A stretch of DNA of 64,000 nucleotides, from the NCBI GenBank assembly GCA_017987895.1, contig JAGNSU010000003.1, forward strand, positions 22,033-86,032, given 5' to 3'. Within the stretch, counting starts at the first letter, position 1, and every line of letters begins with the position of its first letter. Shown here one piece after another: positions 44,767 through 52,556 of this stretch. The position numbers and the translations under genes were made by a program. The stretch comes from Flavobacteriales bacterium. GTDB taxonomy: Bacteria; Bacteroidota; Bacteroidia; Flavobacteriales_F; PHOS-HE28. A model generated the notes under the pieces. That model saw nothing but the letters and a program-made list of their open reading frames with translations. It did not search any database and was not told the DNA's origin.

Positions 44767-45797
44767 GCCAACCCGCCTCGGTCCTGTTGATCTATACGGG
44801 CGGAACCATCGGCATGCTCGCCGATCCGCGCAGCGGCACATTACGACCGATGGACCTCTCGCATTTGGAGGATCAGGTGCCGGAGTTGGAGCGCGTCAAC
44901 GTCAGGTTGGAGAGCGTCGCGTTCGAGAAGCCGATCGACAGCAGCGATATGCGGCCGGCGGATTGGCTGCGGATCGCGCGGATCATCGGGGACCGGTACG
45001 CGGAGTTCGACGGTTTCGTGGTGCTGCACGGTAGCGACACCATGGCTTATACGGCCAGCGCGCTCAGCTTCCTGCTCGAAGGCCTTGGCAAGCCGGTGAT
45101 CCTCACGGGCTCGCAACTACCGATCGGTACCATCCGCACGGATGCGAAGGAGAACCTGATCACCGCGATCGAGATCGCCGCAGCACGCGATACACAAGGC
45201 GCGCCGATGGTGCCTGAGGTAGCGGTCTACTTTGAGTACAGTCTCTACCGCGGAAATCGCACGGTGAAAGTGCATGCCGAGCGCTTCGAGGCCTTCCGCT
45301 CCCCGAACTATCCCAAACTGGCAGAGGCGGGTGTGCATCTGCGTTACGCGCACGGCGCGATCCTTCCCTTTCGGAGCGGGCCGCTGCGTGTGCATGAACG
45401 CATGGACGATCGTATTGGCGTGGTCCGTCTCTTCCCTGGGATCCGTCCGGATTGGGTGCGTCACGCCCTCGCTTTGCCCGAGCTCAAGGCCGTGGTGCTC
45501 ACCACCTTCGGCAGTGGCAATGGTCCTACGGATCCGGACTTCATCGCGGCCTTGCGCGAAGCGCGCGAGCGTGGCATCGTGCTGGTGAACGCCACGCAAT
45601 GCATCGGCGGCCGCGTGGAACAGGGCCGCTACACCACCAGCCAGGCCTTCCAGCAACTCGGCGTGCTGAGCGCGGGCGACATGACCGTCGAAGCGGCCGT
45701 GACCAAGCTTATGTTCCTCATCGGGCAGGGGATGAGTGCTGAGGCCGTGAACACCAAGTTCGGTGAGTCACTTTGCGGTGAACTAAGCCCGGTCTGA
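44763..45797 (+). CDS. ansA: L-asparaginase, type I
   Basis: VLLIYTGGTIGM (catalytic Thr motif) and VVLHGSDTMAYTA are present. Confidence 0.9.
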   Translation: MSQPASVLLIYTGGTIGMLADPRSGTLRPMDLSHLEDQVPELERVNVRLESVAFEKPIDSSDMRPADWLRIARIIGDRYAEFDGFVVLHGSDTMAYTASALSFLLEGLGKPVILTGSQLPIGTIRTDAKENLITAIEIAAARDTQGAPMVPEVAVYFEYSLYRGNRTVKVHAERFEAFRSPNYPKLAEAGVHLRYAHGAILPFRSGPLRVHERMDDRIGVVRLFPGIRPDWVRHALALPELKAVVLTTFGSGNGPTDPDFIAALREARERGIVLVNATQCIGGRVEQGRYTTSQAFQQLGVLSAGDMTVEAAVTKLMFLIGQGMSAEAVNTKFGESLCGELSPV

Positions 45798-45872
45798 CTA
45801 ACGAACCCCGCTTTCGAGGGCTGATCGGTGGAGGGATCGCCCGAGGCGGGCCATCCCGGTGAGGGGAGGCTT

Positions 45873-45986
45873 CGATAGAACGCCGTCATCGCTATGCTCA
45901 GCGGCTTCTTCGTTCATCCGCTCAAGCAAGCTTCGCTTGGTTCGCGCCTGAACGAAGAAGCCGCCCTTCGGGGCGGCGTTCTATCG
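45873..45986. repeat. Nested inverted duplication (two inverted copies of one hairpin-forming unit) abutting the tRNA-Ser 3' end
   Basis: CGATAGAACGCCG (45873-45885) is the reverse complement of CGGCGTTCTATCG (45974-45986). GCGGCTTCTTCGTTCA (45901-45916) is the reverse complement of TGAACGAAGAAGCCGC (45949-45964). The right copy also folds locally as GCCGCCC-TTCG-GGGCGGC. Confidence 0.8.
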
Positions 45987-45987
45987 G

Positions 45988-46074
45988 CGGAGAGAGAGGG
46001 ATTCGAACCCCCGTTACCCTTTCGAGTAAACGCACTTTCCAGGCGCGCGCCTTCAACCACTCGGCCATCTCTCC
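45988..46074 (-). tRNA. tRNA-Ser (anticodon GGA)
   Basis: The minus strand reads GGAGAGATGGCCGAGTGGTTGAAGGCGCGCGCCTGGAAAGTGCG..long variable arm..GGGGGTTCGAATCCCTCTCTCTCCG. The 7-bp acceptor stem, the CU-GGA-AA anticodon loop, the TTCGAAT T-loop and the long variable arm were all checked by hand. Confidence 0.9.
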
Positions 46075-46124
46075 AGATGGGGGCGCGAAAATAGCATACC
46101 CCGGCTTGGACGGGGCCATCCCTC

Positions 46125-46132
46125 TACCTTTG
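46125..46132 (+). promoter_or_regulatory. -7 box TACCTTTG, 11 nt upstream of the dusB ATG, with a TTG at 46106
   Basis: Exact TAnnTTTG match. Confidence 0.5.
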
Positions 46133-46143
46133 CGGCCTTTCTC

Positions 46144-47133
46144 ATGCCCCGCATCGGCCCCATAGACCTCGGCGAATTCCCGCTGCTCCTGGCTCCCATG
46201 GAGGATGTGAGCGATCCGCCGTTCCGGGCGCTATGCAAGCAGCATGGGGCCGATCTGATGTTCACCGAGTTCATCAGCAGCGAGGGGCTCATCCGCCAGG
46301 CGGCCAAGGGGATGAAGAAGCTGGACATCTTCGAGCAGGAACGGCCCATCGGCATTCAGCTCTTCGGGGGCAGCGAGGATGCGATGGAGGAAGCCGCGCG
46401 GATCGCGGAGGCGGTACGGCCCGACCTGATCGACATCAACTACGGCTGCCCGGTGAACAAGGTGGTGAACAAGGGCGCCGGTGCCTGCTTGTTGCAGGAT
46501 GTGGACAAGATGGTGCGCCTCACCGACAAGGTGGTGAAGGCCGTGAAGGTGCCGGTGACGGTGAAGACGCGGTTGGGTTGGAGCGAACAGACCAAGAACA
46601 TCATGGAGGTGGCCGAACGCTTGCAGGATGTTGGCATCCAAGCGCTCAGCATCCACGGACGCACGCGGGCACAGTTGTACAAGGGCCCTGCGGATTGGAC
46701 GCTGATCGGTGAAGTGAAGAACAACCCGCGCATCCACATCCCCATCTTCGGCAATGGCGATATCGATAGCCCTGAGAAGGCGGTGGAATACCGCGAACGC
46801 TACGGCGTGGATGGCGTGATGATCGGCCGCGCGAGCATCGGGCATCCGTTCATTTTCCGGGAGATCAAGCATTACATGGCCACGGGCCAACACCTGGCTC
46901 CGCCCACGATCGCCGAGCGTGTGGAAGCGGCACGCACCCATCTGCGCAGTTCCATTGCCTGGAAAGGCATGTACGAGGGCGTGGTGGAAATGCGCCGCCA
47001 CTACGGCAACTATCTGAAAGGCCTGCCGAATGTGAAGGAGATGCGCCTGCGGCTTTGTACCGAACGCGACCCGGCCTTGCTCGAGAACCTGCTCGACGAG
47101 GTGATCGGCAACTACGCGGCGGAGGCCGCGTGA
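46144..47133 (+). CDS. dusB: tRNA-dihydrouridine synthase
   Basis: LAPMEDVSDPPFRALC is present, along with a TIM-barrel FMN motif region (INYGCP, HGRTR). Confidence 0.92.
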   Translation: MPRIGPIDLGEFPLLLAPMEDVSDPPFRALCKQHGADLMFTEFISSEGLIRQAAKGMKKLDIFEQERPIGIQLFGGSEDAMEEAARIAEAVRPDLIDINYGCPVNKVVNKGAGACLLQDVDKMVRLTDKVVKAVKVPVTVKTRLGWSEQTKNIMEVAERLQDVGIQALSIHGRTRAQLYKGPADWTLIGEVKNNPRIHIPIFGNGDIDSPEKAVEYRERYGVDGVMIGRASIGHPFIFREIKHYMATGQHLAPPTIAERVEAARTHLRSSIAWKGMYEGVVEMRRHYGNYLKGLPNVKEMRLRLCTERDPALLENLLDEVIGNYAAEAA

Positions 47134-48359
47134 AGGAAACGACGGCTGAGGGCTCGTAAGGGCACGGCCGTGGCCACCACGCCGATCACCAGCACGGCGG
47201 CGAGCACGAGCACGATATCGCCTGCGAGCACCTTCACCGGGTACGATTCGACCACCGAGCCGCTGAGCGCGAGCAATCCGAAGCGCTGTTGCAGCCAGCA
47301 GAGCCCAAGACCCAGTGCCAGGCCGATCAGCGCGCCGACGCCAACGATCAACACGCCTTCGTACAGGAAGATGCGGCGCACCAAACGCGCCGGAGCGCCC
47401 AAGGCCATCAATGTGCGCATATCGGCCTTTTTCTCGATCATCATCATGGTGAGCGAGGCGATGATGTTGAAGCCACCAATGAGCCCGATGAAGCTGAGCA
47501 CGACGAACGTGAACCATTTCTCGCTGGCGTTCGTGCTGTACATCAACGCGTTCTTCTGATAGCGCGTACGCACGGTCCACTGCGGCCCGATGCGTTCGCG
47601 GACCGCGTCCGCAGCGGCGTCCAGATCGGCGTTCGGTGGGAGCTGCACCTCGAGCGCGGTGGCCTCGTGCTCGTAGTGAAGCAGTTTTTCCGCTACGGAA
47701 ATGGGCATCAGCATGTAGCGCATGTCGAACTCCATATTGATCGTGAAAGCGCCGCTCACCGCCATCTCGGCCTGCTCAAAAGCGCCGCGTTGGTAGGTGC
47801 TCAGCTTCCGCCCACGCACAGGCGCGCTGATCCGCAAGGGCGTCAGCACGCCATCATCGAGGGGCACGCCCAGGTCCACCTTCAATCCGAGGCCGAGAAG
47901 GGCGGTCGGGCCCTGCACGCCCTCCATCACCGGTTCACCGGTGTACATGTGGTCGGGCATCCGGCTCATGGCCAGGTATTGCGGTTCCACGGCTTTCAAG
48001 GTGGCCACGGCCTGTTGCCCACTGCATTGCAGCAGCACGTTCTCTTCGATCACCCAACTGGCGTTCACCGCGCCAGCGGCAGCCTTCACCGCATCCACGT
48101 CCAGGCTGTCGCGAAGTATGGTCTTGCCTTGGGCTGGTGTAATGGTGAGGTCTTGGTCGAAGGGGCTGTAGATCGAATCGACCAGCTCTCCGATGCCGTT
48201 CAAGGTGCTCAACACCACCACCATCGCGCCGGTCACCACCGCCACCACCACGATGCTGATCAACGTGATCAGGTTGATCGCGTTGCCGCGCCCCGAACGA
48301 TCGACGCTGCGGCGCTTGGCGAGGAGATAGCGGCGGGCGAAGAGGAAGGGTAAGCTCAT
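47112..48359 (-). CDS. FtsX-like ABC transporter permease (LolC/LolE-type)
   Basis: N-terminus MSLPFLFARRYLLAKRR. The layout is 4 TM helices with a large periplasmic loop, and the C-terminal region is of the FtsX type. Confidence 0.85.
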   Translation of the reverse strand: MSLPFLFARRYLLAKRRSVDRSGRGNAINLITLISIVVVAVVTGAMVVVLSTLNGIGELVDSIYSPFDQDLTITPAQGKTILRDSLDVDAVKAAAGAVNASWVIEENVLLQCSGQQAVATLKAVEPQYLAMSRMPDHMYTGEPVMEGVQGPTALLGLGLKVDLGVPLDDGVLTPLRISAPVRGRKLSTYQRGAFEQAEMAVSGAFTINMEFDMRYMLMPISVAEKLLHYEHEATALEVQLPPNADLDAAADAVRERIGPQWTVRTRYQKNALMYSTNASEKWFTFVVLSFIGLIGGFNIIASLTMMMIEKKADMRTLMALGAPARLVRRIFLYEGVLIVGVGALIGLALGLGLCWLQQRFGLLALSGSVVESYPVKVLAGDIVLVLAAVLVIGVVATAVPLRALSRRFLHAASAA

Positions 48360-48364
48360 CCCAA

Positions 48365-48895
48365 TTAAGCCTCGCCATTCACCGTGAACGACAGCACTCT
48401 ACCGGTCGTGAGATCGAAAAGGGCTTGGAAGTAGCAATGTCCACCGTCTAAGACGAAAATCCAGCCCTTTTGATGAGCAGTCTTTGGCTCTACTGGTTCT
48501 TGCTGGCCACCGCGAGAACAAACTGCGTTCAGGTAAACGAGCCGATGGTCTTCCTTGTTCGTGAGAGGGCAATACTGCCGGTGATAGCGCGTAAGGTCGA
48601 TACTATCATCGCTCCTGTAGTGCTGCGTAGAGTCGGAGTTCCACAGTTGTACAGTTTCGAGCAATAAGCACTCGGCTTCTTCGAAATCCCGCAACGTCAA
48701 AGGATGGATGGTATCCTCCATGACATCCTTAAGACCGAGCCAATGTTCATAACGAAGGACGGAGAAATCGGTGGTATCGACATCGCAACGGTTCGAATCC
48801 TTGGCAACGTTGTCGGTCGCCCCAACCGACTTTTCGTAATGCTCAGCACATCCAATGATCGGCGAAAAGCACACCGCCAGGAATAGAGCCCTCAT
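48365..48895 (-). CDS. Hypothetical lipoprotein (AT-richer)
   Basis: MRALFLAVCFSPIIGCAEH contains a lipobox (IIGC). A hand count of 48601-48700 gives 49 G+C out of 100. Confidence 0.6.
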   Translation of the reverse strand: MRALFLAVCFSPIIGCAEHYEKSVGATDNVAKDSNRCDVDTTDFSVLRYEHWLGLKDVMEDTIHPLTLRDFEEAECLLLETVQLWNSDSTQHYRSDDSIDLTRYHRQYCPLTNKEDHRLVYLNAVCSRGGQQEPVEPKTAHQKGWIFVLDGGHCYFQALFDLTTGRVLSFTVNGEA

Positions 48896-48904
48896 TCGGT
48901 GAAA

Positions 48905-49711
48905 TTACTTCCAAGCCTTCACGATCAGTCCCGTTCCCGTGCGGTGTGCCATGGACACATCGAGCCAGTTGAGCAAATAGGCGATCGGGTAGGTGATGAG
49001 ATAATAGAAAGGCAGGATGATGAAGAAGAGCTTGCTGGTGTTCAGCATCACTAGCGGCCATTTCATGCTAAGACGCCAGCTGATCTTGCCCGGCGCGCCG
49101 TAGCTGTACCGCGCATCCACTTTGCTGAAACCGTTGCGCAGGCATTTCGCGCGGAGGTCATCGATATTGTAGCCGTCGCGCACATGCTCCTCAATGAAGG
49201 AGCCCTCGCCCTCATCGTGTACGTCGCTGCCGCCTTGGTCGCTCGGTGTGCTGATGATCAGCATTCCGCCCGGTTTCAATGAAGTGCTGTAGCAGCGCAA
49301 GGCCGCTTCATCTTCAAGGATATGCTCCATTACATCCACGCACACCACCAGGTCGAACGCACTGGGCTTGGTGAACATGGTGACGTCGCCCACTTCGAAC
49401 TTCACTTGTGGCCGACCAATGGCTTGGAAGAACGCATTGCAATCCGCGACCTGCTCCTCCTTCACATCGATGGCCGTCACCTGCCATTGCTTCGAGAAGC
49501 CACTGAGCCAATAGCTGTATTGGCCATACCCGGCGCCGGCGTCGTAGATGTGGACCGCGTTGCCGACCGAGCGTCGCCACACCCGTAATTCCTTATGGAT
49601 ATGCCAGGCGCGTAACAACAACAGGTCGAGCAGGCCATAGAACAGCTTCCGCAGCAGCGGGGAACGGTTGAAGACGTTGCCGAGCTGGCGCTTTACGGGA
49701 TCGTACTGCAT
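48905..49711 (-). CDS. Class I SAM-dependent methyltransferase with a C-terminal hydrophobic tail
   Basis: Motif I IYDAGAGYGQYS and motif post-II VVCVDVMEHI are present. The C-terminus is FFIILPFYYLITYPIAYLLNWL. Confidence 0.8.
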   Translation of the reverse strand: MQYDPVKRQLGNVFNRSPLLRKLFYGLLDLLLLRAWHIHKELRVWRRSVGNAVHIYDAGAGYGQYSYWLSGFSKQWQVTAIDVKEEQVADCNAFFQAIGRPQVKFEVGDVTMFTKPSAFDLVVCVDVMEHILEDEAALRCYSTSLKPGGMLIISTPSDQGGSDVHDEGEGSFIEEHVRDGYNIDDLRAKCLRNGFSKVDARYSYGAPGKISWRLSMKWPLVMLNTSKLFFIILPFYYLITYPIAYLLNWLDVSMAHRTGTGLIVKAWK

Positions 49712-49720
49712 CGCCGATGA

Positions 49721-50059
49721 TCAGTGCTTCAGGAGCTTCTCGATCTCCTCCTGGCGGTCGAGCGAATCGTCCACGTAGAACATGAGCTCGGGAACCACAC
49801 GCAGTTGTTTACCCACGCGTCGGCCCAGGAGCAGCCGCAAGTGCGACGCGTCGTCTCGGATGCGGAGGATCACAGCGTTCTTGTCCTTCACCGGGAAAAG
49901 GCTCAAATAGGTCTTCGCCAGGCCCAGATCGGGGCTTACGCGCACACCGGTCACGGTGATCATGCCGCCGGGCAGTAGGCGGTGCCCTTCCTGTTGGAAC
50001 ACCCAGGCCATTTCCTGTTGCAGCAGGCTGTTCACCTTGTTCTGTCGCAAACTGTCCAT
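49721..50059 (-). CDS. rbfA: Ribosome-binding factor A
   Basis: ATG 50059 gives MDSLRQNKVNSLLQQEMAWVFQ..ITVTGVRVSPDLGLAKTYLS. Confidence 0.9.
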   Translation of the reverse strand: MDSLRQNKVNSLLQQEMAWVFQQEGHRLLPGGMITVTGVRVSPDLGLAKTYLSLFPVKDKNAVILRIRDDASHLRLLLGRRVGKQLRVVPELMFYVDDSLDRQEEIEKLLKH

Positions 50060-50066
50060 CGTGGCG

Positions 50067-50074
50067 CGAAGGTA
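50067..50074 (-). promoter_or_regulatory. -7 box TACCTTCG, 7 nt upstream of the rbfA ATG
   Basis: The minus strand reads TACCTTCG CGCCACG ATG. Confidence 0.45.
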
Positions 50075-50114
50075 GGAGGTGGGGTGGGCCGGCCCGCCGT
50101 CCTGGCCGCACCGG

Positions 50115-50122
50115 TAACTTCG
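50115..50122 (+). promoter_or_regulatory. -7 box TAACTTCG, 14 nt upstream of the ABC exporter ATG
   Basis: It faces away from the rbfA box, in divergent orientation. Confidence 0.4.
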
Positions 50123-50136
50123 CACGCCCACCGGCC

Positions 50137-51966
50137 ATGCGCAACTTCTTCCGGGTCCTCCGCTTCGCACGCCCGTATCGCGGCTATGCGGTGTTGAACG
50201 TGGCGTTCAACTTGGTGAGCACGGTGTTCCATCTGGCCTCGCTGCTGGTGTTCATACCCTTCCTGAACCTCTTGTTCGGGCAGGCACCACCGCCTTCGGC
50301 GCGTCCGGTGGTCAGCTGGAGCGCGGAAGGCCTCAGCCGGATGCCGGACTACTTCAACTGGCTCATGGGCGGCTATATCGCCGAGCACGGGCAGGTGGGC
50401 GGCCTCATCTTCATCTGCGTTGTTGTTGCGTTGTGCTTCCTGCTGAAGAACCTGTTCCGATACTTCGCGCTCTGGGCCATCGGCATACTACGCAACCGCG
50501 CCGTTCGCGATCTGCGCAATACGCTGTACGACAAGGTGCTGGAGCTGCCTTTGCAGTACTACAGCGGGGAGCGTAAGGGCCACATCATCGCGCGCCTCAC
50601 CAATGATGTGCAGGAGGTGGAGTTCAGCATAATGAACTACATCGAGATGGTGTTCCGCGAGCCGATCACCATTCTGCTCTCGCTGGCGATCATGATCGGT
50701 ATTTCACCCACGCTGACACTGATCGCCTTGCTGCTGTTGCCTGTCAGTGGGCTCATCATCGGCCGGATCGGCAAGAGCTTGAAGAAGGAAGGCCTGCGCG
50801 CGCAGCGCAAGAGCGCCGACCTGCTGAGCACGGTGGAGGAGACTCTTACGGGCATGCGTGTGATCAAGGCCTTCAACGCGGACGATGCGATGCGCCGCCG
50901 TTTCCAACGGGAGAACGACATGCTGAACCGGCTGAACGTGTTCACCCTGCGGCGTCGTGATCTGGCATCACCGCTCAGTGAGTTCATGGGTGCGCTCGTG
51001 ATGGTGACTTTGGTCTATTTCGGAGGCAGCTTGGTGATCGGCAAGGAAGCGTCGCTCACCGGTGGCGAGTTCATCGGCTATATCATCCTCTTCAGCCAGC
51101 TGCTCGCGCCCGCGAAGAGCTTCACAACGGGTTATTACTGGATCCGCAAGGGCGGCGCCAGTGCCGAGCGCATCTTCGAATTGCTCGCCGTGGAGAACCG
51201 CGTGAAAGAGCGGCCGGACGCGAAGCCCATCGATGGGTTCAAGGACCGCATCGAGTTCCGCGATGTCTCCTTCGCCTACGACGAGCAGCCGGTGTTGAAC
51301 GGGATCACTTTGGTCGTGCCGAAAGGAAGGAGCGTGGCGTTGGTCGGTACGAGCGGGGGCGGCAAGACCACGCTAGCAGGATTACTACCGCGCTTCTTCG
51401 ACGTGACACAAGGCCAGGTATTGATCGATGGCCATGACGTTCGCGAACTACGCATCAAGGACCTCCGCGCATTGATGGGCATCGTGACCCAGGACAGCAT
51501 CCTGTTCAACGACACGGTGGCGAACAACATCGCCTTCGGCAAGCCCGGCGTGCCCGAAGCGGACATACGCCAAGCGGCTACCGTGGCCAATGCGCACGGT
51601 TTCATCAGCCAGTTGGAGAACGGCTACCAGACCGGCATCGGTGACGGCGGCAACCGGTTGAGCGGTGGTCAGAAGCAGCGCGTCGCCATCGCCCGCGCGG
51701 TGCTGAAGAACCCGCCGATCCTCATTCTCGACGAGGCCACCAGCGCGCTGGACACCGAGAGCGAGCGGCTCGTGCAGGACGCGCTCTTCCGCATGATGGA
51801 AGGCCGCACCAGCTTAGTGATCGCCCACCGCCTCAGCACCATCCAGCACTGCGACGAGATCTGTGTGCTACAGGCAGGGCGGATCGTGGAGCGGGGCACC
51901 CACGCTGAGCTCACCACCCTGGGCGGGGTCTACAAACGGCTGTGCGATATGCAGACGTTCGGGTAA
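50137..51966 (+). CDS. ABC transporter, fused permease/ATPase (MsbA-like lipid exporter)
   Basis: Six TM helices. Walker A GTSGGGKTT, signature LSGGQKQRVAIARA and Walker B ILILDEATSALD are present. Confidence 0.9.
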   Translation: MRNFFRVLRFARPYRGYAVLNVAFNLVSTVFHLASLLVFIPFLNLLFGQAPPPSARPVVSWSAEGLSRMPDYFNWLMGGYIAEHGQVGGLIFICVVVALCFLLKNLFRYFALWAIGILRNRAVRDLRNTLYDKVLELPLQYYSGERKGHIIARLTNDVQEVEFSIMNYIEMVFREPITILLSLAIMIGISPTLTLIALLLLPVSGLIIGRIGKSLKKEGLRAQRKSADLLSTVEETLTGMRVIKAFNADDAMRRRFQRENDMLNRLNVFTLRRRDLASPLSEFMGALVMVTLVYFGGSLVIGKEASLTGGEFIGYIILFSQLLAPAKSFTTGYYWIRKGGASAERIFELLAVENRVKERPDAKPIDGFKDRIEFRDVSFAYDEQPVLNGITLVVPKGRSVALVGTSGGGKTTLAGLLPRFFDVTQGQVLIDGHDVRELRIKDLRALMGIVTQDSILFNDTVANNIAFGKPGVPEADIRQAATVANAHGFISQLENGYQTGIGDGGNRLSGGQKQRVAIARAVLKNPPILILDEATSALDTESERLVQDALFRMMEGRTSLVIAHRLSTIQHCDEICVLQAGRIVERGTHAELTTLGGVYKRLCDMQTFG

Positions 51967-52002
51967 GGGTGGGCGGGCACTTGGCCGATCGCTCATATTG
52001 GC

Positions 52003-52010
52003 TACATTTG
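52003..52010 (+). promoter_or_regulatory. -7 box TACATTTG with a TTG at 51981-51983 (19-nt spacer), the putative rimP-nusA-infB promoter
   Basis: Exact TAnnTTTG match, located 74 nt upstream of the rimP ATG. Confidence 0.5.
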
Positions 52011-52033
52011 CCGCCGCAAGGCGGTGAAAGAGG

Positions 52034-52058
52034 AAGAGGGGACCGCCCCTCTTTTTTG
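52034..52058 (+). terminator. Intrinsic terminator hairpin, either in the rimP leader or serving as the ABC gene terminator
   Basis: AAGAGGGG-ACCG-CCCCTCTT forms the stem-loop and is followed by TTTTG. Confidence 0.7.
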
Positions 52059-52084
52059 TTCTCCACCGGGCAGCAGGGTCGGAA

Positions 52085-52549
52085 ATGATCACCGAGCAAC
52101 AGATGCGGGCCATTGTTCAACACCAATTGGAGGGCACAAGCCACTTCCTAGTGGATGTGGAGGTGCGCCCGGGCGACAAGGTGGTGGTGGAGGTGGACGA
52201 CCCACAGGCCATCACCTTGGAGCGATTGGTGCAGCTGAACCGCTCCATCCGCGCTGAATTGGACGCCCAAGGCCTTGACTGCGAGCTACAAGTGAGCAGC
52301 CCCGGCATGGGCCGTCCCTTCAAGGTGCCTTCGCAGTATACCAAGCACACCGGCCGGTTGGTGGTGGTGAAGTTGGTCGATGGCCGCACCCTCGAAGGGC
52401 GCATGGAGGTGGTGGACCAGGGCGGTTTGCACCTCCGCCAGGTGATCCCGAGCAAAGTCAAAGGCCGTCCGGACAAGATGGACCAAGAGGTGACGGTATT
52501 GCCGTGGGCCTCGATCCTTACCACACAAGCAAGCTTAAAGTTCAAATGA
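52085..52549 (+). CDS. rimP: Ribosome maturation factor RimP
   Basis: 154 aa. Its position upstream of nusA and segments such as FLVDVEVRPGDKVVVEVD and VSSPGMGRPF are typical of RimP. Confidence 0.9.
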   Translation: MITEQQMRAIVQHQLEGTSHFLVDVEVRPGDKVVVEVDDPQAITLERLVQLNRSIRAELDAQGLDCELQVSSPGMGRPFKVPSQYTKHTGRLVVVKLVDGRTLEGRMEVVDQGGLHLRQVIPSKVKGRPDKMDQEVTVLPWASILTTQASLKFK

Positions 52550-52556
52550 TCGTGCC

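Noticed and set aside
45894-46119. Two roughly 65-aa ORFs (45894-46094 plus strand, 45922-46119 minus strand)
   Set aside because: They overlap the tRNA-Ser gene and the inverted-repeat element and are not coding.
46231-47580. 449-aa minus-strand ORF
   Set aside because: It is antisense to dusB and out of frame with the lolE-like gene. The product is His/Arg-rich with low complexity.
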